From a virus, in IMG/VR virus record IMGVR_UViG_3300008261_000125, positions 1 through 64,000 of that record: DNA of 64,000 nucleotides, one strand, 5' to 3'. Positions within the stretch are counted from its first letter, which is position 1, and each line of letters starts with the position of its first letter. Under the pieces are notes generated by a model. The model did not search any database. It saw only the letters and a program-made list of their open reading frames with translations, and was not told where the DNA came from. The translations under genes and the position numbers were made by a program. Below, in pieces: positions 18,354-30,000 of the stretch.

Positions 18354-20147
18354 ATGTCAGAGAAAACCCATTGGGTAATGGATTATGAAACACTAATCAA
18401 TTGCTTTGTAGCATCTCAGATTACTCAGTTTATTCTGAATGATCATCAGAAATTAAAAGTATTACCAGTAAATGAAATTATTACAAAAATTTATCAGAAA
18501 GCTCAAACTACTATCAGAAAATCTAATGACAAAGAGTTTTTAGATTATCCTGAATGGAAATTGAGCATTGGTCAAATTGATGTTTTTAAAATTAATCATT
18601 GGGACAATGCAAATAAAAGAACTAGTTTAAAGTGGGCTGAGTTTGCTATTGATTCTGAAAATGTGCAAGACATGTCTATACACCATGAAACTGCTATTAA
18701 CAATAAAGAAGAGATTGAAATTGTATCTTCCTACTGCGTTAATGATGTCTTGGCAACAAAAGCAATATTGCATCTATCTAAACCATTGATTAATGTTAGA
18801 AATAGAATCAAGACCAAATATGGACTAAACTGCTATAATTTTTCTAATACTAAACTGGGAAGTGAATTGTTACTGAAACTTTATTGTAGTGCTACAGGAA
18901 AGAATGCATATGAGGTTAAGCAATTAAGAACACATAGAGATCACATCAATATTAAAGATATACTATTTCCATATATCAAATTTAAGTCTCTTGAATTTCA
19001 AGGATTTCATGAAATGTTAAAGACCAAGATTATCTATGATACTAAGAATGGTTTTAAATATACTATGAAGTTCAATGGTTATGAATTTGATTATGGTGCT
19101 GGTGGTATTCATCAATGTATTAAAACAGGAATATACAAAGCAGAAAATGGTATTATTATTAAAGACTTAGATGTAGCTTCTCTATATCCTAGTATTGCAT
19201 GTATGAATGAAATGTATCCTGCTCATTTAGGATCTGAGTTCTTTGGTGTATATAAGAATGATATTGTTGATGTAAGGTTAGCAGAAAAATCTAAACCAAA
19301 ACAAGATAGAGATATGGCTATTATTGAGGGGTTTAAAGAAGCTGCTAATGCAACTTATGGTAATAGTAATAGTGAGTATTCTTGGCTATATGATCCGCAG
19401 TATACTATGCAAACTACTATTAATGGTCAGTTGTTAATAACTATGTTGGTAGAAGAATTACTTCTTACTATTCCTGAATCTGTATTACTACAAACTAATA
19501 CTGATGGTGCTACTCTTATGTTTAATAAGTCTTATTTAGATGTTTATAATCAAATCTGTAGGAAGTGGGAGGAAGTCACCAAGCTCACTCTTGAATTTGC
19601 TGATTATAAAGCAATGTATATCTGGGATGTAAATAATTACATAGCAGTCTATACTGATGGTAAGACTAAATGCAAGGGTAGATTTGAATGGGAAGATTTA
19701 CAAAACCACAAGTATACACACTTACATAAGAACAAGAGCTTCTTAATTATTGCTAAAGCTATTTATGCATACTTTGTTAATGACATACTTCCTGAGACCT
19801 TCCTACTGAATAACAGAAACATATTTGATTATTGTGGTGGAGCTAAAATAAAAGGTGAGTGGGAGTTTCAACAAATATGTGTTGATAAAGATGGCATCCA
19901 TAAGAACAAACTACAAAAGACTCTAAGATATTATATCTCTTCTAAAGGTTGTAAGATTTATAAAGTCAACAAACATGATAAGAGAGAAATACAATTAGAA
20001 TCTGGAAGATGGATGCAAGAACTGTTCAACAAGTATGAAGAAAAACCTTGGGATGATTATCATATTGATGACTCTTATTATCTTGAAAACATATATAAAG
20101 AGATCAACAATATCATAATGAAAAAAACCCAGCTAACACTGTTTTAA
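18354..20147 (+). CDS. family B DNA polymerase (ExoII segment apparently missing)
   Basis: ExoI DYET, ExoIII YCVNDV, DVASLYPS, KEAANATYG, QTNTDG and KCKG; ATG 18354 preferred over the TTG inside the terminator. Confidence 0.92.
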   Translation: MSEKTHWVMDYETLINCFVASQITQFILNDHQKLKVLPVNEIITKIYQKAQTTIRKSNDKEFLDYPEWKLSIGQIDVFKINHWDNANKRTSLKWAEFAIDSENVQDMSIHHETAINNKEEIEIVSSYCVNDVLATKAILHLSKPLINVRNRIKTKYGLNCYNFSNTKLGSELLLKLYCSATGKNAYEVKQLRTHRDHINIKDILFPYIKFKSLEFQGFHEMLKTKIIYDTKNGFKYTMKFNGYEFDYGAGGIHQCIKTGIYKAENGIIIKDLDVASLYPSIACMNEMYPAHLGSEFFGVYKNDIVDVRLAEKSKPKQDRDMAIIEGFKEAANATYGNSNSEYSWLYDPQYTMQTTINGQLLITMLVEELLLTIPESVLLQTNTDGATLMFNKSYLDVYNQICRKWEEVTKLTLEFADYKAMYIWDVNNYIAVYTDGKTKCKGRFEWEDLQNHKYTHLHKNKSFLIIAKAIYAYFVNDILPETFLLNNRNIFDYCGGAKIKGEWEFQQICVDKDGIHKNKLQKTLRYYISSKGCKIYKVNKHDKREIQLESGRWMQELFNKYEEKPWDDYHIDDSYYLENIYKEINNIIMKKTQLTLF

Positions 20148-20148
20148 A

Positions 20149-20331
20149 ATGCACAAAGCAAGCAAAAAATCAAACACTAATCCTCCCCACAAACAAGGGG
20201 AGGACTCACTTAATAGGAAGAATGGTGAAAAACCAAAAGTTCAACAACTCTCACCAGGAAAGCAAATGGATCTCGAAGAACTAATCAAGATTGTTGAAGA
20301 AGAAGAAAAGAATAAACATTTAAACTTATAA
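20149..20331 (+). CDS. hypothetical protein
   Basis: 60-aa ORF in the operon. Confidence 0.55.
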   Translation: MHKASKKSNTNPPHKQGEDSLNRKNGEKPKVQQLSPGKQMDLEELIKIVEEEEKNKHLNL

Positions 20332-20336
20332 TATTT

Positions 20337-20540
20337 ATGGAAACAATTGAGAATAAAATATTAGATGATTATACAGCTGTAGGAATAGCTGAAGGATTTA
20401 TAGAATGTGATTCAGAAGAAGATATGTTAGCTGCATGGCAACACCTAGTTGACACAGGTTTAGCTTGGAGCTTACAAGGATGGTTTGGAAGAACAGCTAC
20501 AAGTCTTATAGAAAGAGGAATTATTAACCCAAAACAATAA
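20337..20540 (+). CDS. small conserved phage protein
   Basis: WQHLVDTGLAWSLQGWFGRTA motif. Confidence 0.75.
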   Translation: METIENKILDDYTAVGIAEGFIECDSEEDMLAAWQHLVDTGLAWSLQGWFGRTATSLIERGIINPKQ

Positions 20541-20545
20541 ATAAA

Positions 20546-20872
20546 ATGACAAGAGAAGTTTTTAATAACATTGTAGAAAGAAGATTAAGTTTAATTAAGG
20601 TTATCTTAGTAAAGAAAGGTGAAGAATACTCAACTGAGGATGATGTTTTTCACAACTTTAATGCAGCTACAGGTTTATCATTTCATAAAAGTAGAGAAAA
20701 AGTAGCTTGGGAATTTGCAGTAAAGCATTTTCAATCTATAAAAGATATACTTGATAAAACAGAAAATGAAGAATTTGAAGTATCTGCACCAATGATTGAA
20801 GAAAAACTAGGTGATGCTATCAACTATTTAATTTTAATTGAAGGAATGTTAAAAAACAGAATAAACAAATAA
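20546..20872 (+). CDS. dimeric dUTPase/MazG-fold nucleotide-modification-associated protein
   Basis: KGEEYS...FHNF...EKLGDAINYLIL. Confidence 0.6.
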   Translation: MTREVFNNIVERRLSLIKVILVKKGEEYSTEDDVFHNFNAATGLSFHKSREKVAWEFAVKHFQSIKDILDKTENEEFEVSAPMIEEKLGDAINYLILIEGMLKNRINK

Positions 20873-20873
20873 T

Positions 20874-21284
20874 ATGAAACAAGAACTAGACAAAGTAGCA
20901 AATTTCCACAGAGTTTTTAAACAAATTGATGGAACAGAACCACAGCTAATATCAATTAATGATGTTAGATTAAGACATAAGTTAATGGCTGAAGAGAATG
21001 ATGAATATCTTGAAGCTGCAACTCAAGGTGAAACACCAAATACAGAAGAGAGATTAGTAGGGATAGCTGATGCATTAGGTGATCAATTGTATATATTATG
21101 TGGTACTATTCTTAAACATGGTATGCAACATATTATTGTAGATGTATTTAATGAAATACATGAAAGTAACATGAGTAAGTTAGATGAAAATGGTCAACCA
21201 ATCTTTAGAGAAGATGGTAAAATCTTAAAAGGTAAAGACTACTTTAAACCAAATATTGGTGAAATTCTTAAAAGATTAAAATAA
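20874..21284 (+). CDS. MazG-like NTP pyrophosphohydrolase
   Basis: EENDEY...DALGDQLY...EIHESNMSK...DGKILKG. Confidence 0.85.
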   Translation: MKQELDKVANFHRVFKQIDGTEPQLISINDVRLRHKLMAEENDEYLEAATQGETPNTEERLVGIADALGDQLYILCGTILKHGMQHIIVDVFNEIHESNMSKLDENGQPIFREDGKILKGKDYFKPNIGEILKRLK

Positions 21285-21286
21285 TG

Positions 21287-21321
21287 AAAAAGGAGTGCTT
21301 CGGCACTCCTATTTTTTTTTT
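21287..21321. terminator. bidirectional intrinsic terminator between converging modules
   Basis: A run, AGGAGTGC-TTCG-GCACTCCT hairpin, then a T run. Confidence 0.92.
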
Positions 21322-24300
21322 AATTTCTACTGAACATGTCAAATGTCTGTAAACCTTTAACTGGATCAACTTGACTACCTGAGAAACCAACCATAGAGCC
21401 AAAATGATTCCATATTTTAGCTTCACCTTCTTTCTGCCAAGGATATGGACCTGCATCTCTTTTGTAATACAAGCTTTCATTTTCTCCTGGAGCAGCATGT
21501 AATGCTAAATCTGTCATAATCTTAGCATAAGATGTTACAGTAGGACCAAATGCTAATGATGTAGAACTAGATAAATCTAAATAGTTATCTAAACCAAACC
21601 CTGGTAATGGTATAAAACTTTGATTCTCTGCTTGAGTTTTAAGTAATAAAGTTAATGCATGGTTAGATAACCAACCATCTAAGTGAAAATCTTCTGCACC
21701 TAAAGCTCCTGATTTTTTTCTTAACTTTTCAAATCTGTCTTTATCATCTGGATCCCAACCAAACATTAATGCTACAGCTGCAGAAATAATAAATATCTGA
21801 GCAACATCAGCAATAACTTTAATCATAGCCATTTTTTCTGAGTTAGACATGTATGGTAATGATTTACCAAGACTTGTTATTGTTTTACCAACTGCTTTAA
21901 TAGCTTCAATATAGTAACCAGTTCTAATTTCATCTAATGGGAAGTTAGCTCTTTCACCACCAAATCTATACATGAACATACTTGTAAAGTATCTTCTCAT
22001 GAAAGCAAATAATCTATACGCAAAGAACTGTTGAGCTTGAGGTTGTTCAAACTTAGCAAATGCACCATTCAAATCTTTAAACTTTTCATGTACTGCATTT
22101 TGCATTTTGACAAACTCTTCTCCTAATTTAGCTTTACCATTTTGATCATAAGTAACTCCATAAGCTTCATCAATACCAGACTTAAGTGTTAACCTACCTT
22201 CTTTATCTAATTCAAAAGCATCAGCATAAGATATTTTAGTTTCATTACCATTTACAATTCTTGGTATTTTTTCATGGTACATCATAGCATAAAATACATG
22301 TAAAGCACCTTGCATTTCCATATACTTTCTAGGGCTATATACCCAGCTAATACTAGCTAAATCACTTGCAAATGTTCTAGAATAATCTCTACTAATAACT
22401 TCTTCAGCTTTACCTTGAGCAGGATCAAACATTAATATCATTTGAGTATTAACTGTGTTATAGTTAGCTCCCATGACCTTACTACTCCACTCAGGCATTA
22501 CTTCAAAGTTTACTTTAGTTCTAGCTTTAGCAAGAGATATAACATCACTTCTATCACCTGCAATTGCTTCTATATTACTTTGCCATATCATACCCCAGTA
22601 GTTTTTAATTGCTGAAGGTAAGTTTAATGCAAAGTAGTTGGTTGCAGCAGCACCGGTAATTGTATTAGTTACTTTGTTTAACCAATCTAAATGTTTATCA
22701 GAATACATCTCTCCTTTAAACTCTCTATTATATAAAGCTCTAAAGGCAGCTGTTCTAATTCCTTTATTTTTGTTACCAGTAAGATGTTTCATTGAATCTG
22801 TCATAGAGAAATTCTTTCTCTTAACACCTTCCATTTTCTTAAGCTCAGCATCAGTCTCATCAAGAGTAGCTAACATTGCTTTAGCCATAGGATTAATTTT
22901 ACTTAATACTCTTTGTCTTTCAGCTTGTAACATATAGAAGTTAAGTGAACCAACTATATCATAAGATACTTCATTAATAGGAATTCTACTTAATCCTTTC
23001 ATTGGTAACTTATCAAGTACAGGATCCATCAAACCATCTTTTACTATACTTAGTTCATCAGCAGCTTGTTGTAAATCAGGGTTTGCCAATCCTTCATCAA
23101 CATCACTGTCAATTCTAGAGGCTTCATTAGCTTCTTCTCTAGTTTTACCAGATATTGTTGCTGAAACCCCATTCTTAATACTCTTAAACCAATCACTCCA
23201 TCTTCTAGTTAATTCTCCTCTTTGAGCAGCTTCCAGTTGTTGTTTAATTCTTAGTCTAGGAATATCTAAATATAATTTATCAGCTGTTTCTAAACCTACT
23301 TGGTTTTGTATATGGTAGTTAGTTACTACTTCAAGAAGTTTCTTCTTGTTTTCATTTTGAATTACTTTGTAGTAATCTTCATTGATATAAGATTTAACTT
23401 CTCCATTCTTATCTACATAGGATGTTGGTACTCCTAGTTCTTCTGCTCTTTCTTTGGTAAGTGGTAGGAAGTTACCCTTATTGTCAATCACCTTTCCTAC
23501 ATAATCTCTAGCTTTTTGTTCTTCAGTTAATTTAAATGGAACAGTTCTAAAATTATTCTTAACTCTAGTATAAAAATATTTAGAGTTAGGGACTCCACTA
23601 AACTCAATAATTTCTTTACCTACATGTACTTTAGTTGTTTGATAGTATGCAGGTCCATCTTCTTCTTCTAGTGGTCTTGCTATACTCCATGCATGAAGTC
23701 TTTCATAGTTGTATTTTACTTCACCTTTTGCATTTTGATAGTATTTTTTAACATGATTTTTTTCAAACCATTTTTTAAATTCTTCATATTTCTTACCAGG
23801 AGTATTAAGTAATTTATCAATTTCTCTTGCATCTGTTAGAAAATCATTAGCACTTACTTCATCTAAAGTACTTTTATTTAAAATAATCATTTGATTATTT
23901 ATAGCTTCTAAGTAGTAAGAACTTGGCTCAGTATATCTTATCATACTAAGTTCAGCTAATGCTAATTTTAAATCTTCTTGAGCAGATCTTTCATCAGCTG
24001 TTAATTTAGAAGAATCAGATTCATATTGTTGTTTATAAATCAAATCATTAATGGTTTCTTGAATCTCTTTAATTTGAGACATCTTTTCATCCATTTTATC
24101 CTTCATCAATTCAGGATTAACTTGACCATTGTTATCTTTATATCCTAAGAATAAACTAGTTCTTTTTTCATATAATTTATCTAGTTTATAATTTTTAGGT
24201 AATCTTTTAGAAATATCTTCAAGTTTTTTAAAGATATCATTTACTTTATCATAATATGCTTGTGTATATCTTACTGCACTATTTTGTTGAATCCACTTTT

Positions 24301-27034
24301 GTACTATTTGATTAAACTCTGGTGTAAGATTACCATTTTCATCAAACTGTTTAATGTTAGCATATCTAGTATCATTATTTACTTTTTGAATGAAAGCATC
24401 TAGAGCTCTTTGGAAGGCGCCTTTTTTCTCTACAGATTCATAATACTTACCTGTTCTTTTTCTATGCTCTTTTAATGCAGTAGCAATTGCTAACCCTTCA
24501 TCATCTTTAAGAACACCATTCTCATCATATAAAGAAAACAATCTTTCTCTTTCAGTAAGTAAAATTGTTAAATCATCATAATGCTCAAAGAAGTCTAACT
24601 CATCAGCATTGGATGTTCTAAATTCAGATATTTTACTATCTATATTTTGTAAAGCTTCATATGCTAAAGGACTTTCATTAATTAATAGTGCTCTATCTGC
24701 ATAATATTTAGGTAAATATTCTCTATTAAATAAAGTTTCAATTTGTTCTTTCTCTTTATAAGCTTCTTCTAAAGCAGCTTTGTCTCCACTTTCTCTAGCA
24801 TCTCTAATTTTCTTTTTAATTAACTCTAAATCAAACCTCCAGTTTTTAACTGGTGTCATAAAAGAGATTACTTCTTCAGATTGTAACTCACCATTCTCAT
24901 CATAGTAAGCCTTCTTATCAATCATTGTTAAACCACTATCACTCCAATCACTTTTGAAGTTTACACTGTTCATACCTAAAGCAGCCATTAGTTCTTTAGT
25001 ATCTTTTGAGAACTGTTGAGCTCTAGCAAAAGCAGCTGCTGTAATTTGAGAAGTGTGAGATTTTAAATAGATTGCAAAGGTTGCTAAGATAGGATCAGGA
25101 TCACTTGTATAACTTACAAACATGTTACTCCAGAAATTAGAATCACCAAGTTTACCTTGATATAAAGCATTAACTTTCTCTTCAGTAAAGTTATACTTTT
25201 CTTTTCTTTCATTAAGTTCTTTTATTTTAGATCTTTTGTAGTTCTCATTACCAGCAATAGATTCTACTCTTTTTATTTCATCATCTATCTGTTTAACAAC
25301 TTTATCAGTAAATGATTTTAATAACTCAGTTGTTTGTTTAACAGAACCAATTCTTTTAATATCAGAAGTAATTTTTCTACCTTCTTTAGTTAAAGCATCT
25401 AATCTAGTAACAAACCCATATATGTAACTTGTTCTTTCTACCCCTGCATCTAGTAAGTTTTTTTCTGCTTCTTCAATGAAGTTAGCCCAACCTTTCAGTA
25501 AGTTCTCCATTGTAATAGCATCAACTATCTTATCCATTAAAGGCTCATTACTATTCTTTAATCTTTCTAAATATTCATTCATTTTAAAAAGATTAGCTTC
25601 TAATGTAAATAGTGTATTTACTAGATTTTGAGCTTTGTGAGTATCAGTTACTTTCTCTAATGCTTTCATTTGCTCTGGAGAAAGATTCTTTCTAAACATC
25701 TTTAAGTTCTCAGCCATACTAGTAAGAAAAGCTGACCCATCAGGATCAATTAATTCTTTTTTAATATTCTGTGATGTTCTTGCACTTTTAACTTCTTTAG
25801 TTTGTTTACCTACTATATCTAAGAAATTCTCAATAAAAGCTTGAAGTGTTTCATTGATTTTTTGTTTAGTAGGATTTTTCTTTAAAGTATCAGTAAGTTC
25901 TTTAGCACCTCTGTTTAAGTTTGAATTAAATTCATTAAAACTTTCAGCATCTACTTTTTCATTATCTACTTTAAAAGTTGCACTATTAAATAATGCTGCT
26001 ATTTCATCTAATGAACTATTAGTATTTAACTTACTTGTATTATCAGTATTAAACTTTCTTCTTATTTCAGTTCTTAATACTCCTAAATAATCTTTAATAA
26101 ATATGTTAAAGTCTTTAAGTCCTGGATTTGTACTACCTTCATTATTTAAACCTAATCTAGCATTTTTAGCATGTTCTTTTAAAGCTTCAGCAAGTACTTT
26201 TTCTTTAAACCCTGTTGTATCTCTATTTTTAACATCAGGATACCTAGCTGCTACTCTTTCAATTAGTGCTTGACCTATAGGAAGTTTCTCTAACTTTTCA
26301 TAAGCTTCATTAAATAATTTAGTAGCAGCTTTTCTTGATAATGCTATAATAGGCATAGCTAAATCTGCAAATTGAGTATTTAATGTTATCTTATCTTGTA
26401 CATAGTATATAGTATTTCCATAAGCAAATACTGCTTCTCCTCTGTAGGGGAAGACACCTTTAAGTAATATTTGAGCATCACTTGAGCTAATGATATTAAA
26501 CCTAATACCATAATCATTTTTATCAAACTTTAATGCATACTGGTGAAGGATTTCATTAGCTCTAATTTTATTTTGTAATTCAACAGGATCTATTTCAGTA
26601 TCATAAACTGGTACATCTGGTCTCTGTGCTGCCAACTCTTTAAGAGAATCAAACTTCTCTTCTACTGATTTCTCTAGTTCAGGTGTTCTGATAATCTTTT
26701 CATCTTGAAATATCTTTTCAGCATAACCTTCATCTTTTAACCAACTCTTAAACCCTGCATCCTGGAACATAGAATCATAAGAGTTATCAATCATATCAAA
26801 TACAGTAGTAGATATATTAAAACCAGCCTTAACAGTGGCTGGTATATTAGTATCTAGTAAAGCAGCAGCATCCTTTGGATTCTTTTCTGCATATAAGTAA
26901 AAAGCAGCTTTAACAGGTTCTGGTAATATTTCACTAGTTGAAGCTATGAATATTTTGTAAGCATTATCTTCACCCAAAGAACTCTCTAAAGCTACCCAAT
27001 CAGAATTTGTTTTTAAGGGACATGAACCTTTCAT
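21320..27034 (-). CDS. giant virion-associated (ejected) protein, 1904 aa
   Basis: Last gene of the RNAP cluster; helical; hydrophobic C-terminal segment; degenerate zincin-like N-domain; single Cys at residue 5. Confidence 0.8.
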   Translation of the reverse strand: MKGSCPLKTNSDWVALESSLGEDNAYKIFIASTSEILPEPVKAAFYLYAEKNPKDAAALLDTNIPATVKAGFNISTTVFDMIDNSYDSMFQDAGFKSWLKDEGYAEKIFQDEKIIRTPELEKSVEEKFDSLKELAAQRPDVPVYDTEIDPVELQNKIRANEILHQYALKFDKNDYGIRFNIISSSDAQILLKGVFPYRGEAVFAYGNTIYYVQDKITLNTQFADLAMPIIALSRKAATKLFNEAYEKLEKLPIGQALIERVAARYPDVKNRDTTGFKEKVLAEALKEHAKNARLGLNNEGSTNPGLKDFNIFIKDYLGVLRTEIRRKFNTDNTSKLNTNSSLDEIAALFNSATFKVDNEKVDAESFNEFNSNLNRGAKELTDTLKKNPTKQKINETLQAFIENFLDIVGKQTKEVKSARTSQNIKKELIDPDGSAFLTSMAENLKMFRKNLSPEQMKALEKVTDTHKAQNLVNTLFTLEANLFKMNEYLERLKNSNEPLMDKIVDAITMENLLKGWANFIEEAEKNLLDAGVERTSYIYGFVTRLDALTKEGRKITSDIKRIGSVKQTTELLKSFTDKVVKQIDDEIKRVESIAGNENYKRSKIKELNERKEKYNFTEEKVNALYQGKLGDSNFWSNMFVSYTSDPDPILATFAIYLKSHTSQITAAAFARAQQFSKDTKELMAALGMNSVNFKSDWSDSGLTMIDKKAYYDENGELQSEEVISFMTPVKNWRFDLELIKKKIRDARESGDKAALEEAYKEKEQIETLFNREYLPKYYADRALLINESPLAYEALQNIDSKISEFRTSNADELDFFEHYDDLTILLTERERLFSLYDENGVLKDDEGLAIATALKEHRKRTGKYYESVEKKGAFQRALDAFIQKVNNDTRYANIKQFDENGNLTPEFNQIVQKWIQQNSAVRYTQAYYDKVNDIFKKLEDISKRLPKNYKLDKLYEKRTSLFLGYKDNNGQVNPELMKDKMDEKMSQIKEIQETINDLIYKQQYESDSSKLTADERSAQEDLKLALAELSMIRYTEPSSYYLEAINNQMIILNKSTLDEVSANDFLTDAREIDKLLNTPGKKYEEFKKWFEKNHVKKYYQNAKGEVKYNYERLHAWSIARPLEEEDGPAYYQTTKVHVGKEIIEFSGVPNSKYFYTRVKNNFRTVPFKLTEEQKARDYVGKVIDNKGNFLPLTKERAEELGVPTSYVDKNGEVKSYINEDYYKVIQNENKKKLLEVVTNYHIQNQVGLETADKLYLDIPRLRIKQQLEAAQRGELTRRWSDWFKSIKNGVSATISGKTREEANEASRIDSDVDEGLANPDLQQAADELSIVKDGLMDPVLDKLPMKGLSRIPINEVSYDIVGSLNFYMLQAERQRVLSKINPMAKAMLATLDETDAELKKMEGVKRKNFSMTDSMKHLTGNKNKGIRTAAFRALYNREFKGEMYSDKHLDWLNKVTNTITGAAATNYFALNLPSAIKNYWGMIWQSNIEAIAGDRSDVISLAKARTKVNFEVMPEWSSKVMGANYNTVNTQMILMFDPAQGKAEEVISRDYSRTFASDLASISWVYSPRKYMEMQGALHVFYAMMYHEKIPRIVNGNETKISYADAFELDKEGRLTLKSGIDEAYGVTYDQNGKAKLGEEFVKMQNAVHEKFKDLNGAFAKFEQPQAQQFFAYRLFAFMRRYFTSMFMYRFGGERANFPLDEIRTGYYIEAIKAVGKTITSLGKSLPYMSNSEKMAMIKVIADVAQIFIISAAVALMFGWDPDDKDRFEKLRKKSGALGAEDFHLDGWLSNHALTLLLKTQAENQSFIPLPGFGLDNYLDLSSSTSLAFGPTVTSYAKIMTDLALHAAPGENESLYYKRDAGPYPWQKEGEAKIWNHFGSMVGFSGSQVDPVKGLQTFDMFSRN

Positions 27035-27039
27035 CTTTA

Positions 27040-30000
27040 TTAACAGTTTAATTTTTTGTCATCAATATCTTGTTTAGTAACAATAACCTGTCTATTTAAT
27101 ATGTCCAAAGGACTAAGTGCATCACTATTTCCAGGATTGTCATAACCAAACTCATCTTTAAGCTTGTTAGACAAATATACTGATAATTCACCACCTAAGC
27201 TAGTTGGTTGAGTAGTAGTTCTAGTAGTAAATTTCTTAAATCCTTCTATATCTTGTTTAGAACCTAATTCTTTGTACTCAGTAATAGGTTCATTTTTTAT
27301 ATCTTCAAGCATTTGCTTATAAGATTCAGCATGTCTATCTATTGTAGAATCTGGTACATTTGCCCTATTTTCTCCTCTTGCTATTTGTGTTTTAATTCTT
27401 TGTTTAGCTAATTCAGGATTTAATTCCATTAACTTATATTGAATATTAACAGTAGGTATTGCTTTTTTAATAGCTTCTATAAAAGGTAATCTTTTATCTT
27501 TAGTGAGATTAGTAGTATCAAATACAACTTGTTTACCTTGTTTAATTGCTTGTACAGCTCTATTAGCAGCTTCAATATAAATTTCTTTATCTTTAGATTT
27601 ATTATTTATATCACCTGTAAATTCAACTCTCATTGCATCAGGTTCTATAACTACTAAGTTTTCTTTAGGTAAAGATTTTATAAATGTAGATTTACCACTA
27701 CCACTTGTTCCTATAGGTAATATAACATTAGGTTGTTTAGTATCAAGATATTGAGAGTATTGTTCAGGTGTACCTATGTTAGCTAACTCAGGATTAGATT
27801 CAAATAGTTCTGATACTCCTTCTTTAACACTAGTAGATGGTTGAGTAGTTATAGGAGCTTGTTCTGATCTTATTTTTTGAAAAGGTAACTCATCTTCAAA
27901 CATGTCTGCTTTCCAGTTACCACTAGGTAAACCTTCTTCTATTCTTACAACTTCACTTCTAATTAAACTTCTAGGATACTTTTTAGCTACTTCTTTAAGT
28001 TTGGCTATTTTAGTATTGATTAAAGCTTGAGAAGTGTATTCTTTATTTACACTTTTTTTAGCTTGTTCATACTCTTCTTTTGTAATTTTAACCCAACTAG
28101 AAGATTTTGTAAAATCTTTATCTATTAATTTAGAATACCGACCTTCTATCATATCAAAAACATATCTAATATCTCCTATATTAAAAGCATTTACCCCTTC
28201 TTCACTATACTCCATTATTGAGTATTTCTTTTTAACACTATCAATACTCTCTTTTAAAGTTTCATTAGTTTGAGTTGGTTGAATACCTACTTGTTTACTA
28301 ATTTTAACTGAAAGATCATCAAATTGCCCCATATATTCTTTATAATCTAAAGCCTCTTTTTCTGTATTAAATATTGTACTTTTATTAAGATCTCCATAAG
28401 CAGATTCTACTTTTACTATATACTTAGTACCAAACTCTTTTTGTTTAATCTCAGGTTTAACTAATTTACCATATCTTTGGTCAAGGATAGAATTAATACT
28501 ATTTATAATCTTTTTAGTTTGATAAGGAATGTCTTCATCATATTCAAGTCTAAAATTACTTCCTGTTAAAGAAATACCCAGTTCATTATGGTGGTGATCT
28601 AAATTATCTACAATATTAGCTAAATTTGGTTGTACAGCATCAACATTCTTTAAAGAAGGATATTTAGAATAACTAACTCCTAATAATTCAGATTTTTTAT
28701 CTTTATTTATTTTTTCAGAAGCATCCCATACACTACCACTAAAAACATCAGCATTAGCAGCCCATAAAATGTCTTCTGATTGAGGGTAAATTTTAAATTT
28801 AATTTTACCTCCACCTCCTTCTAAATGACCTATTTTTTTATCAACAGGTTTAGTGTAAACAGAAATAGCAAACTTACCTCCAGCTTTCTCATTATCTTCT
28901 ATATGTTGCAATAAGTTTTGCATCATAAGATTTACATCAAATGAAGAATAAGCTCCTACAACAGAAACAAACTCTTGTCCTCTACTATATATTTCTTCAG
29001 GATTATATTGAATATTATTTACTTTTTTCCATTCTTCTATAATTTCTTTAGACTGTTCGTATTCTTTGTTTTTTGCTATAAAAGATTTAGCATTATGAGA
29101 TTCATTTGTTTTCTTTATCTCAATATTTGAAACATTATCCCTTTGATTTAAAGTTTCTACAAATTTTTCTGCTTCTTGTTTATTTATAAAATCTTTATTG
29201 TAATATTGAACATCATAAGGGTCTTCTGGAACATTTGGTCTAAAATTCATTTCTTCCCATGTTACCCAATGTGTTTCAGGTAATATCACGCTCTCTAAAT
29301 CAACATCTTCAACACTTTTAGCTAATTGACTAATATGATTACTAACTTCCTGATAAGTTTTAAACTTCATATTATCAGGAGTAGTATATTCTACTTCATA
29401 TCCTGGAAGTATAAGTTTAGAGTTAGAGTAAGCTAATAAATCAGCTATATCTCCAATAGTCATATTATCAGGTAATTTGTCTATTTCTACTTCTCTTTGT
29501 TTAAGAAGTGATTTAACAAACTGTTTTATTTCTTTAAGTAATCTTCTAAGAAGAGATATAAGTTTGCCATCTTTAACTGCATCAAGTTTATTAGCAGTCA
29601 TCATACCAAGAAGTTCTACAATAGCTTCTTCTTGTTGTTCTTCTAAAGAGTATCTTATAATTTCAGGACTATCCGGGTATTGCTCTATATATTCTTCTTC
29701 AGTAAAACCTTCATCCCAGTTGTCTTTTATTTTTTGAGATAACCCCTTTATATTGTAATCTCTCTTAACCCTATCTAATACTTCTTTACCTCTACCTGTT
29801 TCAAGTTCTTTGAGTAAATTTTTATATAGTGTAGGAATAGAAGCTAATTGTTGTTTAAATGTTATTTCTTCTTCTTTAGAAAATCCTTCCCATGCTTCTG
29901 CTAATTTATCTTTTTCAAATTGTGATAATTTGTTATTACTTAAAGTTTTAATAGCTCTAATAATAGGATGTCCTAATATTTCATGTATAGGAGTATCTAA

